Positions 21,058 through 31,223 of a stretch of DNA of 64,000 nt are shown one piece after another; within the stretch, counting starts at the first letter, position 1; each line of letters begins with the position of its first letter. The notes under the pieces were generated by a model. The model was not told the DNA's origin. It saw only the letters and a program-made list of their open reading frames with translations, and searched no databases. Source of the stretch: an uncultured bacterium (GTDB lineage Bacteria; Verrucomicrobiota; Verrucomicrobiia; Limisphaerales; UBA8199); the NCBI GenBank assembly GCA_963749495.1, contig CAVVMW010000004.1:704001-768000 (forward strand). Direction: 5' to 3'. The translations under genes were made by a program, and so were the position numbers.

Positions 21058-21194
21058 GATCACTGGATATGCGCCTCGTTCACGCCTCGCTGGGCGCCAA
21101 AATCCCGGCGGCATCTTGCCACCTTTGTTTATTTCCACCGCCTTAGAACCGTGCCAGGCCGAGGAGCGTGAAACCCGGCCGTATTGAAACGCCG

Positions 21195-21228
21195 AAAAAC
21201 CGGCGGGCCGTTGCCAGCACGCCGGTCT
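21195..21228 (-). terminator. Possible intrinsic terminator downstream of rpsA
   Basis: Minus strand ACCGGCG...CGCCGGT followed by TTTT; long loop. Confidence 0.4.
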
Positions 21229-21282
21229 GAAGTCGTAGTCCTTTCGAACCTCCTATCGCCCCCCCGCGGTCCTCTGCCCTCT

Positions 21283-21458
21283 GTCGGACCGGTCGGACGG
21301 GTGGGACGGGTCAGACCGGTGGGACGGGTCGGACGGGTCGGGACGCCCCTTCCATCTTCCGCCCCCCATCCTCGTTTCACGTTTCACGTTTCACGTTCCA
21401 CCGTCGTCCGTCCTGCGATCTGGTCATTCGTCATTCGTCATTCGTCATTCGTCATTCG
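21283..21458. repeat. Cluster of short tandem repeats: 9-mer (GGTCGGACG)x~7, 7-mers (CGTTTCA)x3 and (TCATTCG)x5
   Basis: Direct inspection. Confidence 0.88.
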
Positions 21459-21468
21459 GCCCTCCGTC

Positions 21469-23154
21469 CTACTTGGACTCCTTGGCCTCCTCCTGCCGTG
21501 CCTCGTCGGCGGCATCGAAGGCGTGCTGGAGCGCAACCAGGTCTTCGCCCGGCTTGAGGGCATCCAGGGCGGCCTGCTCGGCCTTGAGCTGCTCGTTCGA
21601 GTAGTTGGCCGCCTTGATGGACAGGCCGATGCGCCGGTCGCTCTTGTCGATCTTGATGACGCGGGCGGTGACCTCCTGGCCGACCTTGAGCACGTTCTTG
21701 ATCTTGTCCACGCGCTCTTCGCTGATCTGCGAGATGTGGACCAGGCCATCGATTTCGTGCTGCAGGCCGATGAAGGCGCCGAAGCTGGCGAGCTTGGTGA
21801 CGGCGCCGGTGACCAGGTCGCCCACCTTGTAGAGCCGGTCGATGCTCTCCCAGGGGTCGGGTGTGAGTTGCTTGAGGCCCACCGCGATGCGCTGGTTGGC
21901 CTTGTCCACCTCCAGGACGATGGCATCGAGCTCGTCGCCCTTCTTGAGGACCTCCGAGGGGTGATTGATCTTGCGCGTCCACGAGATATCCGAGACGTGG
22001 ATCATGCCGTCCAGGCCCTCCTCCAGTTCGATGAAGGCGCCGTAGCTGGTGAGGTTGCGGATCTTGCCCCGGACGCGGGTGCCGGCCGGGTATTTCTCCT
22101 GGGCCTTGTCCCAAGGATTGGCCTCGAGCTGGCGCAGCCCCAGCGAGATCTTCTGCTCCTCGCGGTTGATCCCCAGCACCACCGCCTCGATTTCCTGGTC
22201 CGCCTTGAGCACGTCCGACGGCTTGGCGATGCGCTTGGTCCAGGAGAGCTCGGTGACGTGCACCAGGCCCTCGACCCCGGGCTCCAGTTCCACAAAAGCC
22301 CCGTAGGGCACCAGGTTGACCACCCGGCCCTTGACGCGCGCCCCCACCGGGTACTTCTGCTCGATGCTGTCCCACGGGTTGGCCAGCTTCTGCTTGAGCC
22401 CCAGGCTCACCCGCTCCTTCTCACGGTTGATGTCCAGCACCACCACGTCGATGTCCTGGCCCACCTTGAGCAGTTCGGAGGGATGCCCGATGCGGCCCCA
22501 GCTCATATCGGTGATATGGAGCAGCCCATCGATGCCGTTCAAATCGATGAACGCGCCGAAATCGGTGATGTTCTTGACGGTCCCCTTGCGGATGTCGCCC
22601 GGGGTCATCTCGGTGAGCAGCTTCTGGCGGCGCTCCAGCCGCTCCTGCTCGATCAACTCCCGGCGCGAGAGCACGATGTTCTGCCGTTCCTGGTTGATCT
22701 TGACGACTTTGAATTCGTAGGCATTGCCCACGTACTGGGCCAGGTTCTTCGGGATGGTGATGTCAATCTGCGACGCCGGCAGGAAGGCCTCGACGCCGAT
22801 GTTGACCAGCAGCCCGCCCTTGACGATGGCCTTGACCTTGCCCGTGATCGTGCCCCCCTCGTTGCAGATGGTCAGGATGCGCTCCCAATTCTTCTTGAAC
22901 TCGGCCTTCTCCTTCGAAAGGACCACCATCCCCTCCCGGTCCTCCAGTTTCTCGATTAAGACATCGATCTCGTCGCCGACTTTCACGGCCTTGATGTCTT
23001 CGAACTCGTTTGCGGAAATGACGCCCTCGCTCTTGTAGCCGATGTCCACGAGCACTTCCTTGGGGCGTACTTCGATGATCTTGCCTTTGACGATATTGCC
23101 AGCCGCAAAGGGCAGAGCGCCCGTTTGCTTCATGGCCTCTTCCATGGTGAGCAT
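21469..23154 (-). CDS. rpsA: 30S ribosomal protein S1
   Basis: Six S1 domains; VLVDIGYKSEG, ITDFGAFIDL.GIDGLLHITDMSWGR. Confidence 0.98.
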   Translation of the reverse strand: MLTMEEAMKQTGALPFAAGNIVKGKIIEVRPKEVLVDIGYKSEGVISANEFEDIKAVKVGDEIDVLIEKLEDREGMVVLSKEKAEFKKNWERILTICNEGGTITGKVKAIVKGGLLVNIGVEAFLPASQIDITIPKNLAQYVGNAYEFKVVKINQERQNIVLSRRELIEQERLERRQKLLTEMTPGDIRKGTVKNITDFGAFIDLNGIDGLLHITDMSWGRIGHPSELLKVGQDIDVVVLDINREKERVSLGLKQKLANPWDSIEQKYPVGARVKGRVVNLVPYGAFVELEPGVEGLVHVTELSWTKRIAKPSDVLKADQEIEAVVLGINREEQKISLGLRQLEANPWDKAQEKYPAGTRVRGKIRNLTSYGAFIELEEGLDGMIHVSDISWTRKINHPSEVLKKGDELDAIVLEVDKANQRIAVGLKQLTPDPWESIDRLYKVGDLVTGAVTKLASFGAFIGLQHEIDGLVHISQISEERVDKIKNVLKVGQEVTARVIKIDKSDRRIGLSIKAANYSNEQLKAEQAALDALKPGEDLVALQHAFDAADEARQEEAKESK

Positions 23155-23431
23155 AATAAATAAACTATCCGGCTTCCTTCTGAGAACCCTAGGGAGACTT
23201 GGTCAGCGCGCAGCTTTCCGAGACTCCATTGCCTAACGGACCAATCGTTGCACCGGCAACGGAGGTTGAGGGTTAGGTAACCGGTTAACTGTTCTTTTCT
23301 CAGCCTCAACGGACGTCCGCACACGCGGCGCCCAGGCACGATAAAAGTAAGCCCCCAAAGGCCGGATGCAAGCCAAAAATTTGCGACAAAACTCGCCGCT
23401 TGTGGCGCGGCAAAGAATTATCCTTGTTAAC

Positions 23432-23458
23432 AGGGACGATTTGAATAAAATCGTCCCT
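23432..23458. promoter_or_regulatory. Perfect 11-bp inverted repeat abutting the start codon (putative operator)
   Basis: AGGGACGATTT-GAATA-AAATCGTCCCT immediately before ATG 23459. Confidence 0.6.
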
Positions 23459-24763
23459 ATGACCAGCGACGATATCAAGGGCGTGCTCCAGCAATTCGTC
23501 CGCCGCCCGCTGCCGCGCTCGCGCCCGCGCGAGCTGGCGCTGCCTCTGGATACGGGCAAGGTCGTCGGGCTGGCCGGGGTGAGGCGTTCGGGGAAAACGT
23601 TCCTTTTTTTCGAGGCCATGCGGCGGCTCATCGCCCAGGGTGTCCCCCGCGAGCGGGTCATTTACCTCAACTTCGAAGACGACCGCTTGCAACCCGTGCG
23701 CGCCGGCGAACTGGACCTGGTGCTGCGAGCCCAGCGCGAGCTTTTCCCCGAAACTCTCGGCCAACGCTGCTACCTGTTCCTGGACGAGGTCCAGAGCGCC
23801 CCGGGCTGGCAACGGTGGGTCCGCCGGCTTTGCGACACAGAAGACTTGAGCATCCTGGTTACGGGCTCCTCCTCGCAATTGCTGACGCGGGACCTGGCCA
23901 GCGCGCTGCGAGGACGGAGCATCACCCTGGAGGTCTTTCCCCTCAGTTTCTCGGAATACCTGGGCTTCCGCGACATCACCTGGCGGCCGTCCGACGCGGA
24001 CAACGAGAGCCTGGTGCGGGGCGCCCTTGGGGACTACCTCTTGTGGGGCGGCTTTCCCGAGGTTGCGCAGGCCGAAGACGCGCTCCGTCCCCTGATCCTG
24101 GGAGAATACGCCACGCTGATGCTCTACCGCGACCTGGTCGAGCGTTACAAGGTGCGGAACGAGCCGCTCATGCGCGAACTGCTGCGCTTTGCCTTCCGGC
24201 ACACTGCTTCATTGGTCAACGCCAGCAAGCTCCACCGGGACTTCCACTCGCTGGGATTGAGTGTCTCGAAAAACACTCTCTTCGAATACCTCCACTACCT
24301 GGAGGAGAGCTTTCTCCTGTTCCTGGCCCCAAAGCATGAGCGTTCCCTGCGCAAGCAGGCCCACAACCCCAAAAAACTGCACGTCATCGATCCCGGCCTG
24401 GTGGCGGCATTCCAAAGCGAGCCCGACCGGGACGTGGGCCGCAAATTGGAAACCTCGGTGTTCCTGCAACTCCGCCGCCGCACAATGGGCCTCTTCTATT
24501 ACGCCGATGGCGGCGAGATCGACATCCTTAACGAGAACGGCACCGAGTTCTGGAATGTCTGCTGGAGTTTGACTGACCCCGAGACTATTCGCCGCGAACA
24601 AGCCTCCGTCCAACTCGCTCGCGCGCGCTACCCCAAGGCCAAAGGGACGTTGCTCTTCCACGAATACGCCCCCGCCGCCGTGCAGGCCATCCCGGAAGCA
24701 GAGCCCGCCTGGCGCTGGCTGCTGACGCAAGCGGCGAACCAGCGCAGGGCACGAATGGCTTGA
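23459..24763 (+). CDS. AAA_14/DUF4143-type ATP-binding protein
   Basis: Walker A GVRRSGKT, YLNFEDDRL, FLDEVQ, VTGSSS, LRGR, GGFPE, KKLHVIDPG, EIDI. Confidence 0.9.
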   Translation: MTSDDIKGVLQQFVRRPLPRSRPRELALPLDTGKVVGLAGVRRSGKTFLFFEAMRRLIAQGVPRERVIYLNFEDDRLQPVRAGELDLVLRAQRELFPETLGQRCYLFLDEVQSAPGWQRWVRRLCDTEDLSILVTGSSSQLLTRDLASALRGRSITLEVFPLSFSEYLGFRDITWRPSDADNESLVRGALGDYLLWGGFPEVAQAEDALRPLILGEYATLMLYRDLVERYKVRNEPLMRELLRFAFRHTASLVNASKLHRDFHSLGLSVSKNTLFEYLHYLEESFLLFLAPKHERSLRKQAHNPKKLHVIDPGLVAAFQSEPDRDVGRKLETSVFLQLRRRTMGLFYYADGGEIDILNENGTEFWNVCWSLTDPETIRREQASVQLARARYPKAKGTLLFHEYAPAAVQAIPEAEPAWRWLLTQAANQRRARMA

Positions 24764-24794
24764 AAGGAATGGCGGGGATATGTATGATTCTTAT

Positions 24795-25067
24795 ATGAAG
24801 ACGCAGACCTATCCACTGGCTATGCCCGGCGAATTGCTCAGAGAGGTCCGGCAGGTGGCCAAAGAGACCGGCCTTTCAATCGCCGACGCCATGCGCCAGA
24901 GCATGAAGCTGGGCTTGCCGAGGCTCAAGGAGCAATTGTCGCCCCATCAACTCAAACCGTTGACGGAAAAGGAAGGCCGGCAATGCTGGGAAGCGCCAAA
25001 CCCGGAATTTGACTCCCTGGAGCATCACTGCGCCTCGCTTCCTGTCGCGCCCCCGGAACCTGACTAA
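24795..25067 (+). CDS. Small RHH/CopG-like putative antitoxin
   Basis: MKTQTYPLAMPGELLREVRQVAKETGLSIADAMRQSM; its stop overlaps an ATG (MKPWE...) that degenerates. Confidence 0.55.
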   Translation: MKTQTYPLAMPGELLREVRQVAKETGLSIADAMRQSMKLGLPRLKEQLSPHQLKPLTEKEGRQCWEAPNPEFDSLEHHCASLPVAPPEPD

Positions 25068-25210
25068 TGAAACCCTGGGAAAAAGAGGCTGTCTCGGAAG
25101 CAACGCTCTCCGCCGTTCTTCGCCAGAATGGGCGGGGTTGGTCTTGCACTTGGCCTTGGGCACTGGGGCTCACCGGAAAAGTGGTTGAGCGCGCCAGAAG
25201 CGCCCATCAC

Positions 25211-25350
25211 CGCGTAGCGGTGCCTGAAGGTAGCCGTGGACTTCGAGTCCACGGACCTTGGGGCAAGGGGCCCAGCGTCGCGTAGCGACGCCTGAAACGC
25301 AGGAATCGTCTTGGCAGCGTGCAACTCTCAGGCGTCGCTACGCGACGCGC
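25211..25350. repeat. Truncated REP/MITE-like palindromic element
   Basis: CCGTGGACTTCGAGTCCACGG hairpin; GCGTCGCGTAGCGACGCCTGA ... TCAGGCGTCGCTACGCGACGC. Confidence 0.75.
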
Positions 25351-25351
25351 G

Positions 25352-25907
25352 AGGCTTCCTGCGCGTCACCTATGGCGAAGAAAATCGGGCGGACAACCTT
25401 GCCTTCATCGAAGCTTCGCTCGGCAAGCTGGACGCGAAGACCGGGAAAGCCAAGCCAACAGACCTGCGGACCTATTTCGTGCGGGAGTTCTACAAGGATC
25501 ACCTCAAGACCTACAAGAAGCGGCCCATCTACTGGATGTTCAGCAGCCTGGAAGGCAGTTTCCAGGCGCTGGTTTACCTGCACCGGTACACCCGTGACAC
25601 GGTGAACCTCCTACTAAATGACTACGTACGCGAGTTCATTGGCAAGCTGGAGGAAAAGCACCGCCAACTCACCTCCGTCTCGCTCAACGAGTCCGCCCGC
25701 CCCGGCGACCGCACCAAAGCCGCGAGGGAATTCGGGAAGATCGACAAGATGTTCAAGGAACTCCGTGCCTGGGAACGCGATGTCCTGCTGCCCCTCGCGC
25801 AGCAACGCATCGAGCTCGACCTCGACTATGGCGTCAAGGTCAACTACCTGAAGTTCAAGGGCGCGGTGGTTCCGATACCGGGGCTTGAGAAGGCCGAATG
25901 CGAATGA
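25352..25907 (+). pseudogene. pglX: C-terminal fragment of BREX-1 adenine methyltransferase PglX
   Basis: NLAFIEASLG, YFVREFYKDHLKTYKKRPIYWMFSS, ALVYLHRY, IELDLDYGVKVNY; no N-terminal part. Confidence 0.85.
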
Positions 25908-25910
25908 AAT

Positions 25911-25985
25911 GTGAAATAATCACACAAAATACGCCATCTGTGCGAATGTAGTTGCGTATTGAGGTGCAATGTGTGATTATGTCAC
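25911..25985. promoter_or_regulatory. AT-rich long imperfect palindrome upstream of the ATPase gene (putative operator)
   Basis: GTGAAATAATCACACA ... TGTGTGATTATGTCAC (15/16), with inner arms AATACGC/GCGTATT. Confidence 0.6.
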
Positions 25986-25991
25986 GACATT

Positions 25992-27410
25992 ATGTTGCTC
26001 TCGTTCTCAATAGCCAACTTCCGCTCATTCCGGGAGGAGCAGACGCTTTCCATGGTCGGAAGCACGCGCCAACCGGACCATCCCGAGCACTTGACCCCCA
26101 TCCCCGACAATGAAAACAAGGCAGTGCCCGTGGCCGTCATCTACGGCGCGAACGGAGCCGGCAAGTCGAATTTCGTGAACGCACTGGCCTTTCTCGAAAA
26201 CCTGGTTCTGCGCGGCACCGAGCCCAAGAAGCCCATCGGTCGTCGCGCCTTTCTCCTGGACAAGGTGAGCCCGAGTCAGCCGACCGAGTTCACCGCGCAG
26301 TTCGTCGAGGAGGGCCGGGTTTACGTGTTTGGTTGCCGGGTCAACGACAGGTTGGTGGACGCAGAATGGCTCAGCCTGCTGCGGGACGGACGGGAAATCT
26401 CCATTTACGAACGTTCGACCAGCGCCAACGAGGAAGTGACCATCGAAGCCGGTCCGGTTCTGAAGGACGACACCTGGGGCAACCATGCCAAGGCGCTGGC
26501 GCTGACGAAGGTGGGGGTACTGCCTAATCAACTCTTCCTCCACGCCGTGGGCAAGAGCCTGCGAGAACAGGACCAGGGGTCCATCCTCGCGGGCGCACTT
26601 CGTTGGTTCGCTGACCGGTTGACGATCGTCCCGGCGAGCGCCCCATTTTCGATGCTCGCGCAACTGGTCGCCCAAGACCAGAGGTTCACAGAGTTCGCGG
26701 GTGATTTCCTGCGCAAGGTGGCGACGGGAGTCAACCGCCTGCGAGTGGACACCGCCCAAGTGGAGGAAGGCCTGTTGACCAGCATGGGCAGCCTCGTGCA
26801 GCACCTCATCGAGGACATGCCCGCTGGTCAGACCACCAGCATCTCAAAGCCTGATCGCAGTGAGTTGATCGTGCAGAAGGGCGAAGGCACGAAACTCCAA
26901 CTCCGGACCCTCCAATCCGAACACGTTGCCGCCGATGGCACTCGGGTCACGCTCCCGTTCGCTGAGGAGTCAGACGGCACCCAGCGACTCACGCATTTGC
27001 TGCCGGCCTTGCACGCGATCTGCCAGAAGCCAGGCCTGTTCGTAATCGATGAGATCGACCGGAGCCTCCACCCTCTGCTGGCGAAGGGCTTCGTGCGGGC
27101 CTTCCTGCAAGCCTGCGCCGGCAAGGGTAGCCAATTGATCTTTACGACGCACGACACCACGTTCCTGGACTTGGACTTGTTGCGACGGGATGAGGTTTGG
27201 TTTGCCAACAAACAACAACCGTCCGGCGCGACCGAGTTGTATTCGCTGGCGGACTACAAGGTCCGCACGGATCTGAAGATCGACAAAGCTTATCTCCAAG
27301 GCCGATTCGAGGCGGTCCCGCCGATCGAGGCGGAACTTCCGGATTGGGTGCGCCAGATCATCCAGGACCTGAGGCCGGGAGGCCCTCCAAAGACTCTGAC
27401 ACCCGCATGA
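25992..27410 (+). CDS. AAA_21/ABC-type ATPase (RloA/AbiLi-like)
   Basis: FSIANFRSF, IYGANGAGKSN, EESDGTQRL, VIDEIDRSLHP, QLIFTTHD, LLRRDEVWF, YLQGRF. Confidence 0.88.
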   Translation: MLLSFSIANFRSFREEQTLSMVGSTRQPDHPEHLTPIPDNENKAVPVAVIYGANGAGKSNFVNALAFLENLVLRGTEPKKPIGRRAFLLDKVSPSQPTEFTAQFVEEGRVYVFGCRVNDRLVDAEWLSLLRDGREISIYERSTSANEEVTIEAGPVLKDDTWGNHAKALALTKVGVLPNQLFLHAVGKSLREQDQGSILAGALRWFADRLTIVPASAPFSMLAQLVAQDQRFTEFAGDFLRKVATGVNRLRVDTAQVEEGLLTSMGSLVQHLIEDMPAGQTTSISKPDRSELIVQKGEGTKLQLRTLQSEHVAADGTRVTLPFAEESDGTQRLTHLLPALHAICQKPGLFVIDEIDRSLHPLLAKGFVRAFLQACAGKGSQLIFTTHDTTFLDLDLLRRDEVWFANKQQPSGATELYSLADYKVRTDLKIDKAYLQGRFEAVPPIEAELPDWVRQIIQDLRPGGPPKTLTPA

Positions 27411-28049
27411 GCCTCCTCAACCGAAACCCATCTCCATCGGCCGGGGTGAGCGCACCCTGCGGGATGACCGCGTGTTTGTCGTGGCCACGGACGATACCTA
27501 CGCGCCCGAGCAGTACTTCCAGCACCTAGTTTGGTGAGGGTCAAGGTCGTCGTCCTGCCCACGCCCAAAGATTCGGGGTTTTCCGCCCCAGTGCATGTCG
27601 TGGATCGTTTGAAGGCGGCCTTTCAGCAGGTCAAACAGAAGAAACAGGTGCAGGTCGGCGACGAGTTCTGGGTGCTCCTCGACACCGATCATTATTTTCG
27701 CGACCAGCACCTGGCGGGGACACTCGGGGCCTTGAGCACCGCGCGCCAGGCCGGGATGGAAATCGCCGTGAGCAATCCTTGCTTCGAGTTGTGGCTCCTG
27801 CTCCACCATCAGGATGTCCCACCAGGCACGGTGTTTCCGACTTCTGCAGCAGTGGCCCAGACACTGAGAACATTGCTCGGGGAATATAACAAGACCTCGA
27901 TAAAGGCAGGCCACTTTCCTCTGGCGAATGTGCCGGATGCCATCCGAAGAGCCCGTGTCCTTGAGAATGGGCCGGCGGGGCCTTGGCCGGAACGAACCGG
28001 AACTCACGTCTATTTACTGATGGAGCGAGTTCTACATTCCAACCCGTGA
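27407..28049 (+). CDS. RloB-family protein (two single-base frameshifts near 27427 and 27531)
   Basis: ATGA-coupled to the ATPase; DDRVFVVATDDTYAPEQYF, DEFWVLLDTDH, VSNPCFELWLLLH. Confidence 0.8.
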
Positions 28050-28269
28050 GTGCCGATCCGACGCGAACCGCTCTCGACAGAATGTTCGCCCGCAAGCGGG
28101 TTGAAAGCACATTATTGGAGGCCGAAGCGTCGGTTTTGACCATCCCTGCATTGGACAAGGGGGAAGACAGCTGCGCGCCAGATCCTTTGATGAGATCACA
28201 ACATCCACTGGAAATCTATGGCGTTTGAACGACCCAGCACGGTAACCGAAGCCCTTAGTGGAATCGCAC

Positions 28270-28520
28270 AGCGGCGATAACCGTTAAAGATGACCGCCAG
28301 TCCGCCGACGACCGCGAAATCAACGGGGCCAGCGGCGAGGGCGACCAACAGTCTTTCGAATCGGGAAGTAATCTCCCCCGGCTCTGGCGAGTGATCCATG
28401 CGCGTGTTTGTCGAGAAAGCCGGCCAGATCTTCCAAGTGAGCGAGCCGGCGGGAAATGGTGAGCGGACGACCGGCCACTTTGCGGACGGGCTGCTGCATC
28501 GGCTCGATCTTCGCATTCAT
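28270..28520 (-). pseudogene. Remnant of a small-protein plus nucleotidyltransferase TA pair
   Basis: FERLLVALAAGPVDFAVVGGLAVIFNGYRR resembles an NTase N-terminus, then truncates. Confidence 0.55.
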
Positions 28521-28609
28521 CAAGGCAATTTTAATCTGGCAAGGGGCGGAAGGTCAACTCCAAGACGCGGAGAAATCACTCACGCCTCCAAAAAACGCTC
28601 AAATTGGCC

Positions 28610-28638
28610 TTGCCCCTGTCTGGACCCCCCATTAGCTT
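28610..28638 (+). promoter_or_regulatory. Candidate sigma-70 promoter for nuoB
   Basis: TTGCCC-N17-TAGCTT about 35 nt before the GTG. Confidence 0.45.
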
Positions 28639-28672
28639 ACTGCGGCTTGCAGCTTCTGCTGCGCCGGACCCT

Positions 28673-29185
28673 GTGCAAACAACGACAGAAATCGGCTACA
28701 ACTCGAAGGTCGAGGGGGACGTGGTGGTCACCCGGCTCGATGCCGCGTTGAATTGGTTTCGCAAGAATTCGCTGTGGCCAATGCCGATGGGGCTGGCGTG
28801 CTGCGCGATCGAGTTGATGGCGGCGGGGGCCAGCCGGTTCGACATCTCGAGGTTCGGGGCGGAGGTGATGCGGTTTTCGCCCCGGCAATCGGATGTGATG
28901 ATCGTCGCCGGGACGGTCACCTACAAGATGGCGCTGGCGGTCAAGCGCATATACGACCAAATGACCGAGCCCAAATGGGTCATCGCCATGGGGGCGTGCG
29001 CCTCGACCGGGGGGATGTATCGCAGCTACTCGGTCCTGCAGGGGGTGGACCGCATCCTGCCGGTAAACATCTATGTAGCGGGTTGTCCGCCGCGGCCCGA
29101 GGCCCTGCTGGATGCCCTCATCCGGCTCCAGAACAAGGTGGTGGCAAAGGAGCCGGTCCTGGCCACGCTCAAGAAGGCGGGCTGA
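28673..29185 (+). CDS. nuoB: NADH-quinone oxidoreductase subunit B
   Basis: [36 protein letters not shown] start inferred. Confidence 0.96.
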   Translation: MQTTTEIGYNSKVEGDVVVTRLDAALNWFRKNSLWPMPMGLACCAIELMAAGASRFDISRFGAEVMRFSPRQSDVMIVAGTVTYKMALAVKRIYDQMTEPKWVIAMGACASTGGMYRSYSVLQGVDRILPVNIYVAGCPPRPEALLDALIRLQNKVVAKEPVLATLKKAG

Positions 29186-29188
29186 GCC

Positions 29189-31162
29189 ATGCGCCAAGGC
29201 GGAAATCAGCTCGAGCTTGCTGAGCGCCTTCGGGCCAGGTTCCCCAGCCTGCTCTCCGCCCCGGCCGAGTTCCGGGGCGAGATCGCTGTCGAGGTCGCCG
29301 ACCCCGAGGCGCTGCCGGCCGTGTGCGCCTTCGCCAAACAGGAACTCGGTTTCGATTACCTGGTGGACATCACGAGCGTGGACCGTTATGGCGAGGACCC
29401 GCGCTTCACGATTGTTTATCACCTTTACGGCTATGGCCATCGGTGCCCGTTGCGCCTCAAGACGAGCGTGAGCGAGGAGAAGGCCGAGTTGCCCACGCTG
29501 ACGGGCGTTTGGCGCGCCGCCGACTGGCACGAGCGGGAGATCTATGACATGATGGGCGTGCGTTTCCGCGGGCACCCGGACCTGCGCCGCATCCTGATGT
29601 GGGAGGGTTACCCCTATTATCCGTTGCGCAAGGACTTCCCGCTGTCGGGCAAGCCCACCGACGTGCCGGAGGTCGCCTTCACGGAGCCGGCGCCCCTGGC
29701 CGGGGGGCCATTTGTCACCATCGCGGGGGGCAAGGACACCATCGCGCGGGAGCCGCGCGTGCGGATTCCCGAGACTGACGCCCTGGAACTGAATGCGCGC
29801 CTGGAGCGGCGGCAGGACATCAAGGAGGCCCATGGCCGTGCGCACGGGCCCGGCCCCATCGAGACCGCCGGCGGCAAACCGGAGATTCGCGATGTTCAGT
29901 TCAAGGAGCCCGCGGCCCGCGCCGCCGAGGCCGCCCAGACCATGGGCGTAACCTCGGCCCCGACCGCCACCGCAGAGGCGGAGGACCTGCCTGCCGAGAA
30001 GATGATTCTGAACATGGGACCCTCGCACCCCTCGACCCACGGCGTGCTGCGCATCGTCCTTGAACTGGACGGTGAAGTCATCACCAAGGCCATGCCGGAC
30101 GTGGGCTACCTGCACCGGGGCGACGAGAAGATAGCGGAGAACATGACCTACAGCCAGTTCGTCCCATACACGGACCGGCTGGATTACCTGGCGCCGCTGG
30201 CCAACAATGTGGCTTATGCCCTGGCGGTCGAGAAGCTGCTGGGCATCGACACGCAACTGCCCCCGCGCTGCCAATTCATCCGCGTGATCTGCTGCGAATT
30301 GGCCCGCGTCTCCTCGCACCTGCTCGGCCTGGGCTCTTATGCCATGGACGTGGGCGCCATGACGGTGTTTTTGCTCACGTTCACCGAGCGGGAGAAGATC
30401 TACAACCTCTGCGAGTCGCTGACCGGGGCGCGGTTCACCACCAGCTACACCCGCATCGGCGGGCTGGCCCGAGACCTGCCCCCCGGCTGGACCGACCAAT
30501 GCCGGAAGTTCTGCAACGAGGTGGTGGTGAACATCGATGAGACCGAGACCCTGCTGACGCGCAACCGCATTTTCGTGGATCGCACGCAGGAGGTGGGGGT
30601 CATTTCGAGGGCGGACGCCATCGACTACGGCCTGAGCGGGCCCAACCTGCGCGGCAGCGGCATCGAGCACGACCTGCGCAAGGCCCGCCCTTACCTGGTC
30701 TATGAGCAGTTGGACTTTGACGTGCCGGTTGGCTCGACCGGGGACAGCTACGACCGTTACCTGGTGCGCATCGAGGAGATGCGCCAGAGCGTGCGCCTCA
30801 TCCACCAATGCCTTGACAAGCTGCCCCCCGGGCCGGTCAATGTCCCCAACGGAAAGATCGTTCTGCCGCCCAAGGACCGGGTCCTGACCGGGATGGAGGA
30901 GTTGATCCATCATTTCATCAATGTGACCCAGGGCGTCAATGCCCCCGCGGGCGAGGTCTATTTCGGCCACGAAAATCCCAAGGGCGAGCTGGGCTTCTAC
31001 ATCCACAGCAAAGGCGGCGGCACCCCGCACCGGCTCAAGATCCGCTCGCCCTCGTTCGTGAACCTGAGCATCCTTCCCAAGCTCCTGCCCGGCCACATGA
31101 TCAGCGACGTGGTGGCCATCCTGGGCTCGTTCGACTTCGTGATGGGGGAATGCGACCGATGA
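29189..31162 (+). CDS. nuoCD: NADH-quinone oxidoreductase subunits C/D (single ORF)
   Basis: NuoC motif WHEREIYDMMG..HPDLRRIL..PLRKDFP; NuoD motifs LNMGPSHPSTHGVLR, GYLHRG, ENPKGELG, GECDR. Confidence 0.93.
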   Translation: MRQGGNQLELAERLRARFPSLLSAPAEFRGEIAVEVADPEALPAVCAFAKQELGFDYLVDITSVDRYGEDPRFTIVYHLYGYGHRCPLRLKTSVSEEKAELPTLTGVWRAADWHEREIYDMMGVRFRGHPDLRRILMWEGYPYYPLRKDFPLSGKPTDVPEVAFTEPAPLAGGPFVTIAGGKDTIAREPRVRIPETDALELNARLERRQDIKEAHGRAHGPGPIETAGGKPEIRDVQFKEPAARAAEAAQTMGVTSAPTATAEAEDLPAEKMILNMGPSHPSTHGVLRIVLELDGEVITKAMPDVGYLHRGDEKIAENMTYSQFVPYTDRLDYLAPLANNVAYALAVEKLLGIDTQLPPRCQFIRVICCELARVSSHLLGLGSYAMDVGAMTVFLLTFTEREKIYNLCESLTGARFTTSYTRIGGLARDLPPGWTDQCRKFCNEVVVNIDETETLLTRNRIFVDRTQEVGVISRADAIDYGLSGPNLRGSGIEHDLRKARPYLVYEQLDFDVPVGSTGDSYDRYLVRIEEMRQSVRLIHQCLDKLPPGPVNVPNGKIVLPPKDRVLTGMEELIHHFINVTQGVNAPAGEVYFGHENPKGELGFYIHSKGGGTPHRLKIRSPSFVNLSILPKLLPGHMISDVVAILGSFDFVMGECDR

Positions 31163-31223
31163 AGCTGGGGGCGGAGATGATGAAACGTGAACCGTGAAAC
31201 GTGAAAACGTGGGAATGTGAGCG

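Larger units (their letters stand above)
11576..21142. mobile_element. Putative non-autonomous cargo transposon bounded by terminal inverted repeats
   Basis: Left end GGCGGTGGAAATAAATAAAGGTAGCAA; right end (revcomp) GGCGGTGGAAATAAACAAAGGTGGCAA; TTA directly flanks both ends (11573-11575, 21143-21145). Confidence 0.75.

Noticed and set aside
21283..21458. Possible CRISPR array
   Set aside because: The units are 7-9 bp tandem repeats with no spacers, and there are no cas genes in the window.
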